From positions 1,045,099-1,109,098 of the forward strand of contig RHPI01003642.1 of assembly GCA_009103225.1 (NCBI GenBank): a stretch of 64,000 nt of DNA. The letters run 5' to 3'. The notes below the pieces were generated by a model, which was not told the DNA's origin, ran no database searches, and saw nothing but the letters and a program-made list of their open reading frames with translations. Both the position numbers and the translations under genes were made by a program. Positions 40,086-52,400 of the stretch are shown here, one piece after another (the first letter of the stretch is position 1; every line of letters begins with the position of its first letter). The DNA is from Chlorokybus atmophyticus (Eukaryota > Plantae > Mesostigma and Chlorokybus algae).

Positions 40086-42423
40086 TCGGCACAGTCCAGC
40101 AATTAGGGCGTGCACTGAAGCAAAGTCCACATGTACAATATCTCTGATGTGTTGCAATACAAAACGCGTACGTTGCAATATGAAGCACATATGCTGCAAT
40201 ATGGTGCAATATGGCGCAACATGGTTGGCAACCTGCAGTTAAGTGTTACGAAACTTAATGTTCAACATAACGTTTACGCCACGGTACGTGCTGCGATATT
40301 CAGTAAGTTATGCCAAGGTTACAACCATCAAAATAATGCTAACCTAAATTACCTTAACGTTAAGATTCAACTCAACGAAACATCGTATCGTTAGGCCACC
40401 ATTTGGTCACGTATGAATTTGATCAAATGGGATCGCAACGGTGACAACAGCCGTTGCTAAAAAAGGCAGCAAATTGGCCAATCATTGCAGAGATGCGTAA
40501 AGATGCTAAAAACTATCTTTGCGGCAACTGCCTACCAACGGCGACCCAAATCGCTAGGGATGCGGTGCAATTGCAGCACAGTTAGTGGTTAAAACGGCCG
40601 CATTTTGGGCGGTACGAGGTCGGGGCAAGCCCCATACCCCAAAGACATATCGCCACTACTTACCCTCGGTCTAACTGATCAATTCTCCCATTTAACGCCG
40701 ATTGATTACATGCTATAGTTACTGCGTCATCAAACATGGTCAACAGCCGAAATATATTTGAGGTGTTGTATTTGAGCTGCATGTTGAGTGTAAAAGGGAG
40801 GATCCAAACCAAGCCCCACGTATTTCCGAAATACGGGCAACGGGGGCTGTTGAAGGGGCGGGGAGAGGGGAGGTGCGGAAGCAATAGTGGACCATACATG
40901 CTAGCACAAGTCAACAATTCAATTCTGCTGTTCGGGCGCATCCGTTGCCTGCCTGGGTCAGGTTGGGCCCCCCAAAGGCAGTGCCATCCTGGCAGCCACT
41001 GGCTTCGCCATTATCATGAGCATTGCCACGGTGGCCGCCACCGTGGGTATTTTGCGCCTTGTTAGTACACTGTATCACTAGTTGGTACATGTACGTTAAG
41101 CTGCGGCGTAACCCGTGCGTACGCAGCATCGGCCCAGTCGCTGTGGCGCGTAGTGTTCTATCGCGTTGGTAATCAAGCTGCGCGACGGGTAGGTAACCTA
41201 CCCGTAGGTTGTGGTGACGCAGCACCGGCGAGCACGTTTTTATCCGGCGACGCGCCCAAAGCAAGTTGATGACCACGCGAGGTATGGCGCGGATCAGATC
41301 AGAAGCCGTTTACGCTGCCGTTAGCACTACGTGGCAAATTTCTGTCTCAAAACCACCTCATCGCTGATGAGCTGGTCGTGCTCATCCACCCCCGTTGTCC
41401 AATCCGCAACAGCCGCGTACCTGGGCCAGCCCTATGTGACGTGGCCTTGAGGGTGGCCACGATATTCACCAATAAAGAAAGGCCCCCCGGCTCGACGCGT
41501 TGACTCCGTGGAGTCCATGCCAAACACGGGCAAACCCCGCACACAAGCAGCATTGACCTGGCCTGTGCTGAATGCAAGTCGTTGCCCTTTCTGCGCGCTA
41601 TGCTTGGCCCAAGCAGCAGGGGCAAGCTCAAACGTAAGATGGAAGTGCAGTTCCGATGACGTGAGCGGCAGTTCGGGCGCTGTGTTGGCACAGGCGGCCG
41701 TTGGAAGTCGTACACTCAGTCCTGCCGTACACAGACCTGCACAGCTGGACGCACCAACACAGCATCCACCGCGTCCGATTTATGCAACCCGATTGACGCG
41801 CCACGCGACTGCGAGATCCTGACCTGCGACCGAGCTGGGAGGGTTTTACTTTGCATACACGGGACCCAGCGCCGCTGGTTCCTGTACATCTAGATAGTTT
41901 ATCGCGCCGTTCCCCCCAGTTTCCAACCGCCCCCCTGACCGCACCGTTAGCCGTTGCACGCTGCGTCTCCCGCCCTCACCAGCTGGCCGCGGAGCCAAAA
42001 GTTGCCATCCAAGCGCGCCGGAGACTCCCCTCGGAACGTCCTTCGTCACTTTAACTGACTTAAAGCCGTTGTCGAGAACCCTTCATGCGCAGTTGCCGGA
42101 ACACTCCCGCACAGTTGAGAGCTTTTCAAGCCATGGTAGATAACCAATCAAACACGGTTGGTGATTTTTGTTCTTGAGGATCCGGTTAACTGCCCGATTT
42201 GGAGGCTTCATGTTTGCGATTTTGGTGGAAAATAGTTTGCCACCTTGGCACAAAGGCGGCGCTTTGCTTTCGTGACGGCGGGCTTGTGTAGGTCGATAGG
42301 TTGGGGTGGCGGCGGAGTGAAAGTTGGTGGCGACGGCTTGGGCGTGGAGGTTGGCGCTGTGGGATGCGGTGCAGTAGGGGAAGGAGTAGTTGTTGCTCGA
42401 GTAGTTGTTAACGTTTGTTGACC

Positions 42424-43403
42424 ATGGCCTCGTCTATGGCGATCGCCGGAAGGACGGTGGCGAGGACGGGCGTGCGGTTGGCGCACGCCGCCGCCACTGT
42501 TGCTGCTGAGGCGCCACGGCTGGCAGTGGATGACCGGGCGTGGGTGTTCTTGGGTCCTCCTGGTGTTGGGAAGGGCACTTACGCAAGCAGGCTGGCGAAA
42601 ATGCTCGATGTGCCCCATATCTCCGCTGGTGACCTCGTCCGGGCCGAAATTTACAAGGGCACAGCCCTCGCACGTCAGATGGCCGCAACCACCTCGGCTG
42701 GACAGCTTCTGCCCGACTCCTTGGTGCTGGACTTGCTTAGGAGACGGCTGGACGCTGGGTACGCTGCTGGAGAGCAGGGGTTCATCCTTGATGGGTTTCC
42801 GCGCACCTACAACCAAGCGGTGAGTGACGCAGTCTTTGCCTTAGACCTAGCTGCGTCAATGTAGCTTAGCAAGTTGTTACGTTGCAGACACTGCTATAGA
42901 CACTACCGCCCTTGCCTTGTCGTGTTGTTTATTGTTAGGGTAGATTGCCTGCTTTTGTACAAGCTTCCAGAAGCTAACGTATATGTGTCCTGCAGAAACT
43001 GTTGTCGGATGTTGCGGATATCTCTCGCGTCATTAACCTGCGCTTGAGGGAAGACATCCTTGTGATGAAGTGCACTGGACGACGCATCTGCTCTGAGTGC
43101 GGGGGTAACTTCAACGTTGCCAACATTGACTTGCCCGGCATTAAGATGCCTCCTCTTCCTGCCCCCACTGGCTGCGAGGGCAAGCTACTTACTCGCGCGG
43201 ATGATACCGAAGCTGTGGTGCGTCAGCGTCTGGCTGTGCATAGGAGGGAGTCCGCTCCTGTTGAGGCATACTACAGGAAAGCTGGGCTGCTGATGGACTT
43301 TGACATTACCGGAGGCATCCCCGAAACCTTGCCTCGTCTTCTGGAGGCTATTCAGGCGCACTCGGTCTCAGACGAGTCTGATGATGAGCCAGCCGTGGCA
43401 TGA
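42424..43403 (+). CDS. ADK: Adenylate kinase, plant organellar type (one intron, 42820-42995)
   Basis: WVFLGPPGVGKGTYASRL, HISAGDLVR, GFILDGFPRT..QA|, GRRICSECGGNFN, RADDTEAVVRQRL; N-terminal transit-like extension. Confidence 0.95.
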
Positions 43404-44594
43404 AGCATCGCTGGCAGCCATTCTGCCTGGCATGCACCACCGAGATACGCGATGTACACTAGTGCGCTGCAACCTCCCTGGCAACTCTAGCCACCCGCAG
43501 AGTGTTTTGACAAACCCACCCCCCCATTCAGGGCTTCGTGACGCATCCGCCTTCTACCCACATTGGTGAACTGGATGCACAATTTTTTCACACGCCCCGG
43601 CGCCCTATCACCCTATTCTTCGTCACCAGCATATCTGGTGATCTTGAAAAGAGGCTTCTGTCTACTGTCATAGACTTGTAGTTAGTCTATTCTTGTCCAC
43701 TCTCGTTCACGCAAGTGAATGCCTGTAGTAGGTTTGGTGGCTTCTGACATCAGAAACTACACCACATTCTTTCATTTATCGTGCTGACTGATTTGTGCGC
43801 TCCCAATGCACTGCACAAGCTTCTGTTTGCAGTGCATGCATGTTTACTGCCTTGTTTGTGATGCATGCACAGCCTGTGAGTGTCTTGATATCAGTGCACT
43901 ATTGGTAAACTGCTTCGATTACCAATGAAGTGGTCTTGTTTGCGAATTTGTTGCACACATAACTTGCATTCTGTGTACACTGAGTCGCAGCTGCTTTGAT
44001 GACCTCTATATCTGTGTACAGGATATGTGCGAGACAACTGTGTGTGTGACACAACCATAACATAACACATGATAGTGCTTTGGAATCTCCCATTCTGTGC
44101 AAAGGCACAGCGGTCGCGATAGAGTTGAGTGTGATTGTGGTAAGTGTCCATGCATTTGTCGTGTATGTTGTATACATCACGTGCATGTTCTGTACATTGA
44201 GTGATCAGTAACAAGATGTGTGTCGTACATGTCAGTGTTATTGGCAGCACACCATGCATAAGATATGAGTGTACAATATATAGGATGCAGAGATTGTGGC
44301 ATGTATCACAATGTGAGGCATGCATTGCACACCACACACAACAGCACACAACACTTACATTCACCACCGGGTGTTCTTCCTACTTACTACCTACCTAACT
44401 TCACTACTAGCCCAAACCCCGTTAGACAAGCACGCATGCACGCGCATCACCTGCACCACGGCCGTTGGTTAGCGGCTCCATCATCCAGCAGGCAGTAGCA
44501 GCAGCGTCAGCTGACTCAACGGACTCCCCCTCCTCCGCCCACATCACCGCCGCCACCCACGACAGCGTCGTCCCTGCTCAACGCGACTGCGTCG

Positions 44595-44603
44595 TTAGGG
44601 TTT
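44595..44603. promoter_or_regulatory. Telo-box-like motif (TTAGGGTTT / AAACCCTAA)
   Basis: Exact TTAGGGTTT in a GC-rich island between ADK and TTC1. Confidence 0.35.
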
Positions 44604-45599
44604 GCGCCCGTCGGCGCGCAGCATGCATATGCACAGCACGCCGCACTCCCTGTGTCGCAGTGCCGTTGCTGTGTGCGCCTACTTCGATGACACGGGCAGT
44701 TGGTACTGCTCCCCATGCACTCAGACTCTCTAGTAGGTATACATATATGCATGCGCACTTTGTGACCCTTTTCTTGTACAAACATGTCTCTGCTATGTAG
44801 GTGTACAGCAGCATACCCTGTTTGTACCCAGAACTAATGTACTGCTTGAACATCAACCACCATGCTCATGATCAGGCTTGTGCGGGCATTTAGGGTAGCA
44901 TAAAATAATCGTTCTACATCTCCTGGCTAATACTGTAGCGTTTGCCTGCTGTTATGGCCGGCTTATTGGTTTCCTACGTACATACCTGCATCCTCTTTCA
45001 TACCGTATGCATCGAAGGCAACTTAGGTGTTACAAATCTGCACGATTTGCTGCCATTGGCAGTGAATGCATTCTCAAGCCAGCAGTGCTGTGAAAGCACT
45101 GCCTTGCCCTGCTTGCCTAGACCAAACCCAGCAGCATAAGCGTCGGCAGTGGCGACTCGCCACACCTGCCTCCTCCTGCATCATCAGCTGCTACACCTGG
45201 ACTACTTGTTGTACTTGCTTTGACCGGTTGTTTGTTTCTGGTGCGTCCTTGCCGGTCACTAAATGGTCATTGAGTACATGCCTGTCACGCTGCCGGCCAA
45301 ACAGTTGTCTACCAAACCCATGTGGTGGTGGAGTAAGAAGCAGGCCACCTGCGGAGCTGTGCATGCGCATCAACAGGGGTGGGCAGCTGATAAATGGCCA
45401 CGCCGTTCCAGTGTGCAGCATATATTGACTATTTCAAAAGTTATAAATGCCAGCTTATCAAACAGGGCTAACAGCTCACACAGGGCTCAGCCGGAAAGGC
45501 CCCTGACTCAATAACATTGGAGTCCATCAGTTGCGCAGACCCATGAGACCGCCAGGTCTGGTGTTGAGCACTACAGCACTTGGCCTTGAACAGTAAATG

Positions 45600-47432
45600 C
45601 TACTGCTGAAACGATACGCTATAGCTTCCTGTATTGGGATCTTTGATAGTCTTGAAGTTGTCCAGCGACAGCCCAAACTTGCCCAGCACGGTGTTACCAA
45701 GATCCTTTAACTTCCCTGCCAAAAGACAACACCACGAGTGAGTGAACTGATGACGATATAGCATAATCAGCAGGTTGGCAACAGGTGCTGTTGACTGACA
45801 AGCAAAGCGCACCCATCATCTCTTCCTTCTGTTTCTCACGCAACTCCATGACCCGAGGTTCGAGCTTGTGAACCGTAGCAATCGCCTGTTTGTTTCCAGG
45901 ATCCAGTTCCTTCACCTTTTTCCAATCTGCAATGTAGTTAAAACTCGTTGTACTGGGACCATCTAAACACTGACTGCAGCAGTAGGCTTGGGCAGAGGAT
46001 AGAAACAAGTGCTGCGCGCATGCCTTGTCACTCACCCTCATAAACCTTGTCAATGTCATCAAGCTTCTCGTACGCATTTGCTCGACGAATGTAAGCTTTG
46101 ACATATGACGCATCAATCTTGATGGCAGACGAACACTCTTTTGCTGCGTTTGCGTATTGTTCCTGCCATCCCAACAACATGGTAAGCATATGCAACAGTT
46201 TAACTGCACAAGCACTTTACACAGGAAAGCCTCACATCAATCAGCTAACATCAGGCTTCATAGGCTGCTTACAACATGAAGGCATATGAGCGGCTTGCTT
46301 ACCATTTGAAGTAGGCATGCGGCGCGGTTGCAGTGATAGATGGCTCTTTGTGGAGCGTCAGGGGGTGCCATCTCCAGCGCCTGCAGATATAAGGATGACG
46401 CGCGCTCATAGTCGCCTTGCGAGTAAGCAGCATTGCCCTCCGCCTTGAGACTCTCCGCCTGTTGGCACAACCTCTGCACGACGAGGCAGCAAGTTGGCAA
46501 CTCGCAAAGTAACAACTGCATGCAAACAACTCAAGTTGTGCCTCAGAGAATGTTGGGCATTGATCTCTCTGACAACAAGTTGCACAGCTTGACTGCATTC
46601 ACATCCCGCAAAGGCTATAGATGATTGGCAAACTTTGACAGGATCCAACCTCGCGCTCTTCCTCAGTCATGGGAGCTTCTGGCTGCTCATCAGCTGCGTG
46701 ATCTGCTTCGTTGTTGTCGACGCGAGCATCTGAGAATGGATCGGTGGCGTCTTCATTGCTTCGGTGAGCTCTCGCACCGCTGTGGCTGGCCGTATGGCCT
46801 TGGGCTGGATGGTGCGAGCTGCTGGCGCTGCATTCTTCCTGTCGTGAACATAAGCATGTATGTAACGCACGCACACATGAAGCATGCATGTTGGTGATGG
46901 TTAGACCACCAGCTACCAACGGATGACATGCAACAGCAATAGGCAACACTGTACGTGTGCGGTGAGAAAATCAAAGCAACTGCAAAGCAGTACAACTGGA
47001 GGAAGCAGCAATGGGGAACGACCGAGTGACTGAATGGTTGCTCATGCGAAGATGTGACATTGGCTGCATACCAGTCACCTGAACTGCCGACAACATGCGA
47101 CACTCGACACAAACAAAGAGAGAAAGTAAGAGAAAACCACAGCAAACCACAGTTGTATATGACCAGCACTTGTCCTATCATGCTTACGGTAGCGATGTTC
47201 GAGACCAGCTTACCCTCAAGCCCTCAACGTGCTCCTTGTCGCCTTCATCGTCCTCCTCAGCACTGTAGTAGTCGTCTTCTTCCTCATCGTCGCTGTCATC
47301 AATGTCGTCAAACGACCTCGCCGCATGCTGTGCATGCTGCTCCGGAGGAGGCGGCGGCTGCTGGGGGAGTTTCGGCTGAACAGGCTTTGCCGGCACAGCA
47401 GGCGCCTCCTCCTTCACCTCCTCAATAATCAT
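45600..47432 (-). CDS. TTC1: Tetratricopeptide repeat protein 1 (spliced)
   Basis: Acidic N-terminus; [17 protein letters not shown]...YHCNRAAC; [15 protein letters not shown]; C-terminal [41 protein letters not shown]. Confidence 0.93.
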
Positions 47433-47681
47433 GCTGCCAATTACACGACCACAAGCACCACCTCCACCTCCGCCTCCGCCTTTGCCTCCGCCACAGTGTG
47501 ATGCAGCTTAGCCACAAGCTTAGGGTTAGTTGTTGTGTTGTATTGTTAGACTTTACCGCTCAAGTAAGCAGCGCTGAGCTCAGCTGCTGCGGCGGCGGCA
47601 GGCTGAGGCAGAGGAGGAGGAGGAGGAGGAGGACGAAGTGACGCTCAGTGTGCTGGTTTCAAGGGTGGTTGCAGTAGAGCG
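47433..47681. promoter_or_regulatory. Bidirectional promoter region (TTC1 and HEN2)
   Basis: Divergent ATGs 249 bp apart; partial telo-box TTAGGGTT at 47520. Confidence 0.55.
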
Positions 47682-50600
47682 ATGGCGAAGATCAAGATGA
47701 TGCAAGATGATGGTCAGCCAGGGGGGCCGGCGGTGAAACCGCCGGCTGGTGAGGGCCCTGGTGCCAAGCGGAAGTGGACGGAAGGAAGCGCAGGTGACAG
47801 ATTTTGTAGATGTGTTGAATTATCAAGCAAGGCTGTCGCAGTAGTTGCAGACGAAGGTTGCATGTTGCAGATCGTGCAGCTCTTTTGCAAAAAGGGTAGT
47901 AGAGTCGCAGCTTGGTGTGTATCAAGCCTGCTATTGCTGCTAATGCCTTGTGATTCTGCAATCTCTTTTGAACTCTCTTTTGAATTTCGAAAACAGCTTC
48001 TCTGTCAATCAGCTGTTGCAGCTTGCGTTTAGAACGCTCTTGCAACAAAACTTGGCCTTTGAGTGCTTGCATGCGCTCATGCACAATCAGGCTTGTGGAT
48101 AATTGTTTCCAATGTAGGCGAGATGCAGTAGCATGCGAAGATGGTACCACGTAATTCATCATAACAGTCCATGCAGCGTGGTTTTGTGGTTTCTTTGCCT
48201 TTTGTGTGCATGCACTTAGTCCATGCACGTTTTCGCAGATGATGTTGAACCAGAAGCCTCAAGACCACCAAAAGCAGCGACAGTTTCACAGCCTGCACCA
48301 AGACCCACACAGGTAACAAGGCAGCAACGCCCATGCACCATTGTGATGGATCATGATGCACGTTTGGAACATCCTTTATGAATCTCTTGTCTGATCTGCC
48401 TCTGTACTGTGCTTCTTGTGCAGTTGCCTCCCAAATCTTGCATTCACGAAGTGGCCCTTCCAGACGACTACAAGCAGGCAGAAGGCCTTACTGAAGAGGT
48501 GAACGGGACGATACACGACCCAAAGTATAATGGCGAGATGGCACAGAAGTACCCATTTGAGTTGGATCCATTTCAAAAAGCTTCTGTTGCGTGCTTGGAG
48601 AGGCGAGAGTCAGTGCTGGTCGCTGCGCACACGTCCGCCGGTAAGACCGCTGTGGCGGAGTACGCCATCGCTATGGCCTTCCGCGACAAGCAGAGAGTCA
48701 TATACACCTCGCCGCTGAAAGCCCTCAGCAACCAGAAGTACAGAGAGCTCGGTGACATCTTCAGCGACGTTGGGTTGATGACGGGAGACGTGTCGATATC
48801 TCCCAACGCAACCTGTCTCGTGATGACGACAGAGATCCTTCGCTCCATGCTCTATCGCGGCTCTGAGGTTCTGCGTGAGGTGTCTTGGGTCATCTTTGAT
48901 GAGATTCACTATATGATGGACAGGGAGCGCGGCGTGGTGTGGGAGGAGTCCATCATCTTCTTGCCACCGGCTTTGCGTATGATCTTCCTGTCGGCAACCA
49001 TCAGCAACGCCACCGAGTTTGCTGAGTGGGTTTGCCGCATACACTCCAAACCCGTTCACGTCGTGTACACGGACCACAGGCCTACTCCCTTACAGCACTA
49101 TGCTTTCGCTCAAGGCGGCAGCGGTCTGTATTTGGTTGTTGATGAGCGCGGCCGCTTCCGAGAAGACAACTTCAAAAAGTTGCTAACCAACTTTGCCTCC
49201 GAGCAACCCGAAACCGCCCCTCCACAAAATGGTGGCAAGAAGACTCCCCCTCCATCAAAGAACAACAAGAAAGGTGGTGGCGGTGGGCCTCCCGATGTCC
49301 ACAAGATTGTGAAGATGATCATGGACAGGAAGTTCTACCCTGTGATTGTGTTCAGCTTCAGCAGGAGGGAGTGCGAGCAGTACGCCTTGGCAATGTCAAA
49401 GCTGGACTTCAACACGGAGACGGAGCGCGAGAGCATTGAGGAGGTCTTCCGCAACGCCATGCAATGCCTTGATGAAGAGGATCGACAGCTGCCCGCCATT
49501 GAGACAATCTTGCCAATACTTAAGCGCGGGATTGGCGTCCATCACTCGGGCCTCCTGCCCATCTTGAAAGAGGTCATTGAGATCTTGTTCCAAGAGGGGC
49601 TCATCAAAGCACTGTTCGCAACAGAAACTTTCGCCATGGGTCTGAACATGCCAGCTAAGACCGTCGTGTTTACGGCTGTGCGAAAGTGGGATGGTGAAGG
49701 CCATCGCTACATGTCATCTGGCGAGTATATACAGGTACGCGGTTCTATGGCTGACCCAATGCAGTTGGGATGAAGCATATGCTGCATGTGATTGATAGTG
49801 CATGACGTGTAACATAGTGTTTAACGTCATGCTATTGGCCACATGCAGCACATGTTGATTATGCTTAAGAGTGGCTGGACTTGCATACTCATAAGGTGGG
49901 CCATATGCAGATGAGCGGTCGTGCAGGGCGTCGTGGCAAGGACGACAAGGGCATATCAATTGTCATGCTGGATGATCAGTTGGACATGAACACCTGCAAG
50001 AACATGTTGATGGGCGCACCGGCACCCCTCGTCAGCACGTTCAGGCTGAGCTACTACACGCTGCTTAATCTGATGAGCCGTGCAGAGGGCCAGTTTGATG
50101 CGGAGTATGTCATAGCTCACTCTTTTCACCAATTTCAACACGAAAAGGCGTTACCGCAAGTGCAGCAAACGCTGCAGAAGTTGGAGGAGGAGGCTGCGTC
50201 CATGGCTGTTGGAAGCACGGAAGAAGCTGAGGAAGCCCGCAAGCTGCGCTCTGAGATAGCATCGCTGGAAAAGGATATGATTAAACAGATTCTGCGGCCT
50301 GATCGCTGTCTGCACTTCCTGCGGCCAGGCCGATTAGTCAAAGTTCATGACGGGGAGGCGGAGTGGGACTGGGGGGTAGTGTTGAATGTTGTGAGGCGTA
50401 CCCGAGGGAAGGCGCAGAAGAATACTGATACGCCTCTGCCGAAGGACCTGCCAGCTGGCGCGTACTTGGTCGACATTTTGTTGCATTGCAGATCAAGTGA
50501 TGGCGTCACTGGATCTGTCAAGCCCAAACCTGCTCTACCAGAAGAACGCGGATACATGCAGGCTGTCCCTGTCCCGCTGCCGCTCATCACCGCCATCAGT

Positions 50601-52096
50601 TCGCTGCGGGTGTATGTGCCTCCTGACTTGCGACCTGCAGAGGCCCGTCAAAGCGTGCTGCTCTCATTACAGGTGCGTTGCTTAGCCAAACTCATTTGCA
50701 TCAGCAAAAAACATCAACCGCTGTGGTAGACAACAGCCAGTCCAGTTGACTACTGGATGAGGCTCTGTTGGCAAAAGAGATGTCGAGTACTCTGCTGTAA
50801 TAGGAGCTGAAGAAACGCTTTCCTGATGGGATCCCGCGGTTGGATCCGATTGAAGACATGGGGATTGACGATGCAGAGTTTGTGCGCACAGTTAGGAGGA
50901 TTGAGAAACTGGAGGTCGCTCTGCTGCAAAACCCAACGTTCAAGTCAGTCTTGCTTGTCATATCACACAGTGGAATATGATGGAGTTGGTATGCAGTTAG
51001 TGAAATAGTGCAGTTTATAATTTGAGGTACTGTCGTCTGTGAAAGTTATCTCATGTCGGTCTTTTTGCTCGCCAGGGAAAGCACACAGGGTGGTTCACAA
51101 GGCGAGCGTGCCAAGGCTCTGGAGAAGAAGGCTGCACTGGAGGCCCAGGCTGCCGAGATGAAAGCAAAGATGCAGGAGTCACAGCTGTCACTCTTCCGAG
51201 GAGAGCTGCGAAGCAGATCAAGAGTGTTAAAGCGGCTCGGCCACATCAATGAGGATGGCGTGGTGCAGGTCAGAATGAACATATGTCTTGACAATGGTTG
51301 AGCAAGTTGGAATGTGTTCTTGCATGCATGGCAGCGTGTGCGCAACGTTGTGGTGGTGTCTCCGTTGCTTGTGCACGGCATGACGCTGACTTGAGCGTTT
51401 GTTGCAGATAAAGGGCCGGGCTGCGTGTGAAGTTGACACCACAGATGAGCTGCTTATCACCGAACTGATGTTTGATGGCGTGTTCAACGACTTGGACGCT
51501 CATCAGGCGACTGCACTTGTTAGTTGCCTGATCCCAGTGGACAAGTCCAATGAGCAGGTTAGGCACGTGCATGCATTCATGTTGACCACATGTGGCTCGT
51601 GTGGCCAGTGCATTAAAGCTATTCTTGACAGGTGCACTTGACAAACGCGTTGACAGAGCCCCTGAAAGCTCTGCACGACACAGCGCGTCGCATAGGGGAG
51701 GTGCAAAAAGAATGCGGGATTGAAATGAATGTGGAGGAATACGTGGAGTCGTTTCGTCCATACCTCATGGACGTCGTCTACCAGTGAGTAACAGTAACAG
51801 CACGCTTGCATGTTTTGAATTCATAGCACCGGATTGGTGCTACGCTTGTCTATAATTGCTGAGCTGTTGTCTGCTTTTGCAGCTGGTCAAAGGGTGCAAA
51901 GTTTGCGGAAGTGATTGCAATGACGGACATTTTTGAGGGCAGCATCATTCGAGCGGTCCGTCGCATGGCTGAGCTCATGAGCCAGCTGAAAGCTGCTGCC
52001 CGTGTTCTGGGAGATGAGCGACTGGCAGAGAAGTTTGACAAGGGCGATGCGAGCATACGACGCGCGATCATGTTTGCCAACTCGCTGTACATATGA
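47682..52096 (+). CDS. HEN2: Ski2-like DExH exosome cofactor helicase, MTR4 family, HEN2-like (spliced)
   Basis: [77 protein letters not shown]/arch segment [31 protein letters not shown]-terminal [12 protein letters not shown]. From recollection these residues match plant HEN2 better than the nucleolar MTR4 paralog. Confidence 0.9.
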
Positions 52097-52400
52097 GGTG
52101 CGTGCATATCAAGTGCAGGCAAGCTGTCAATTGAGCGTGCTGCAACTCGCGGTTTGTTCTTATGTTCTAATGTTTCAACGCATGCAAGTGGATAGGGCAC
52201 TGCAGAGTCGAACGACCAGTCTTTGATCATGCATTCTGGCCACCCACTGCAGGTATGTCTCTCGTGCATGTTCCTGATGTCGCACATGCTGAGGTGTTTG
52301 TTGAACTGCTGTGGCAAAGCATGTTCGTTGGGATTTGTACTTACGATACACAAGGTTGCACTTACAAAGCACAATTGCTGACACATGGTCTTACAGGCGA

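Noticed and set aside
29966-40600. Fanzor/TnpB nuclease as Helitron cargo
   Set aside because: No RuvC motifs or Zn-ribbon arrangement were recognised in any frame; the only extra nuclease seen is GIY-YIG.
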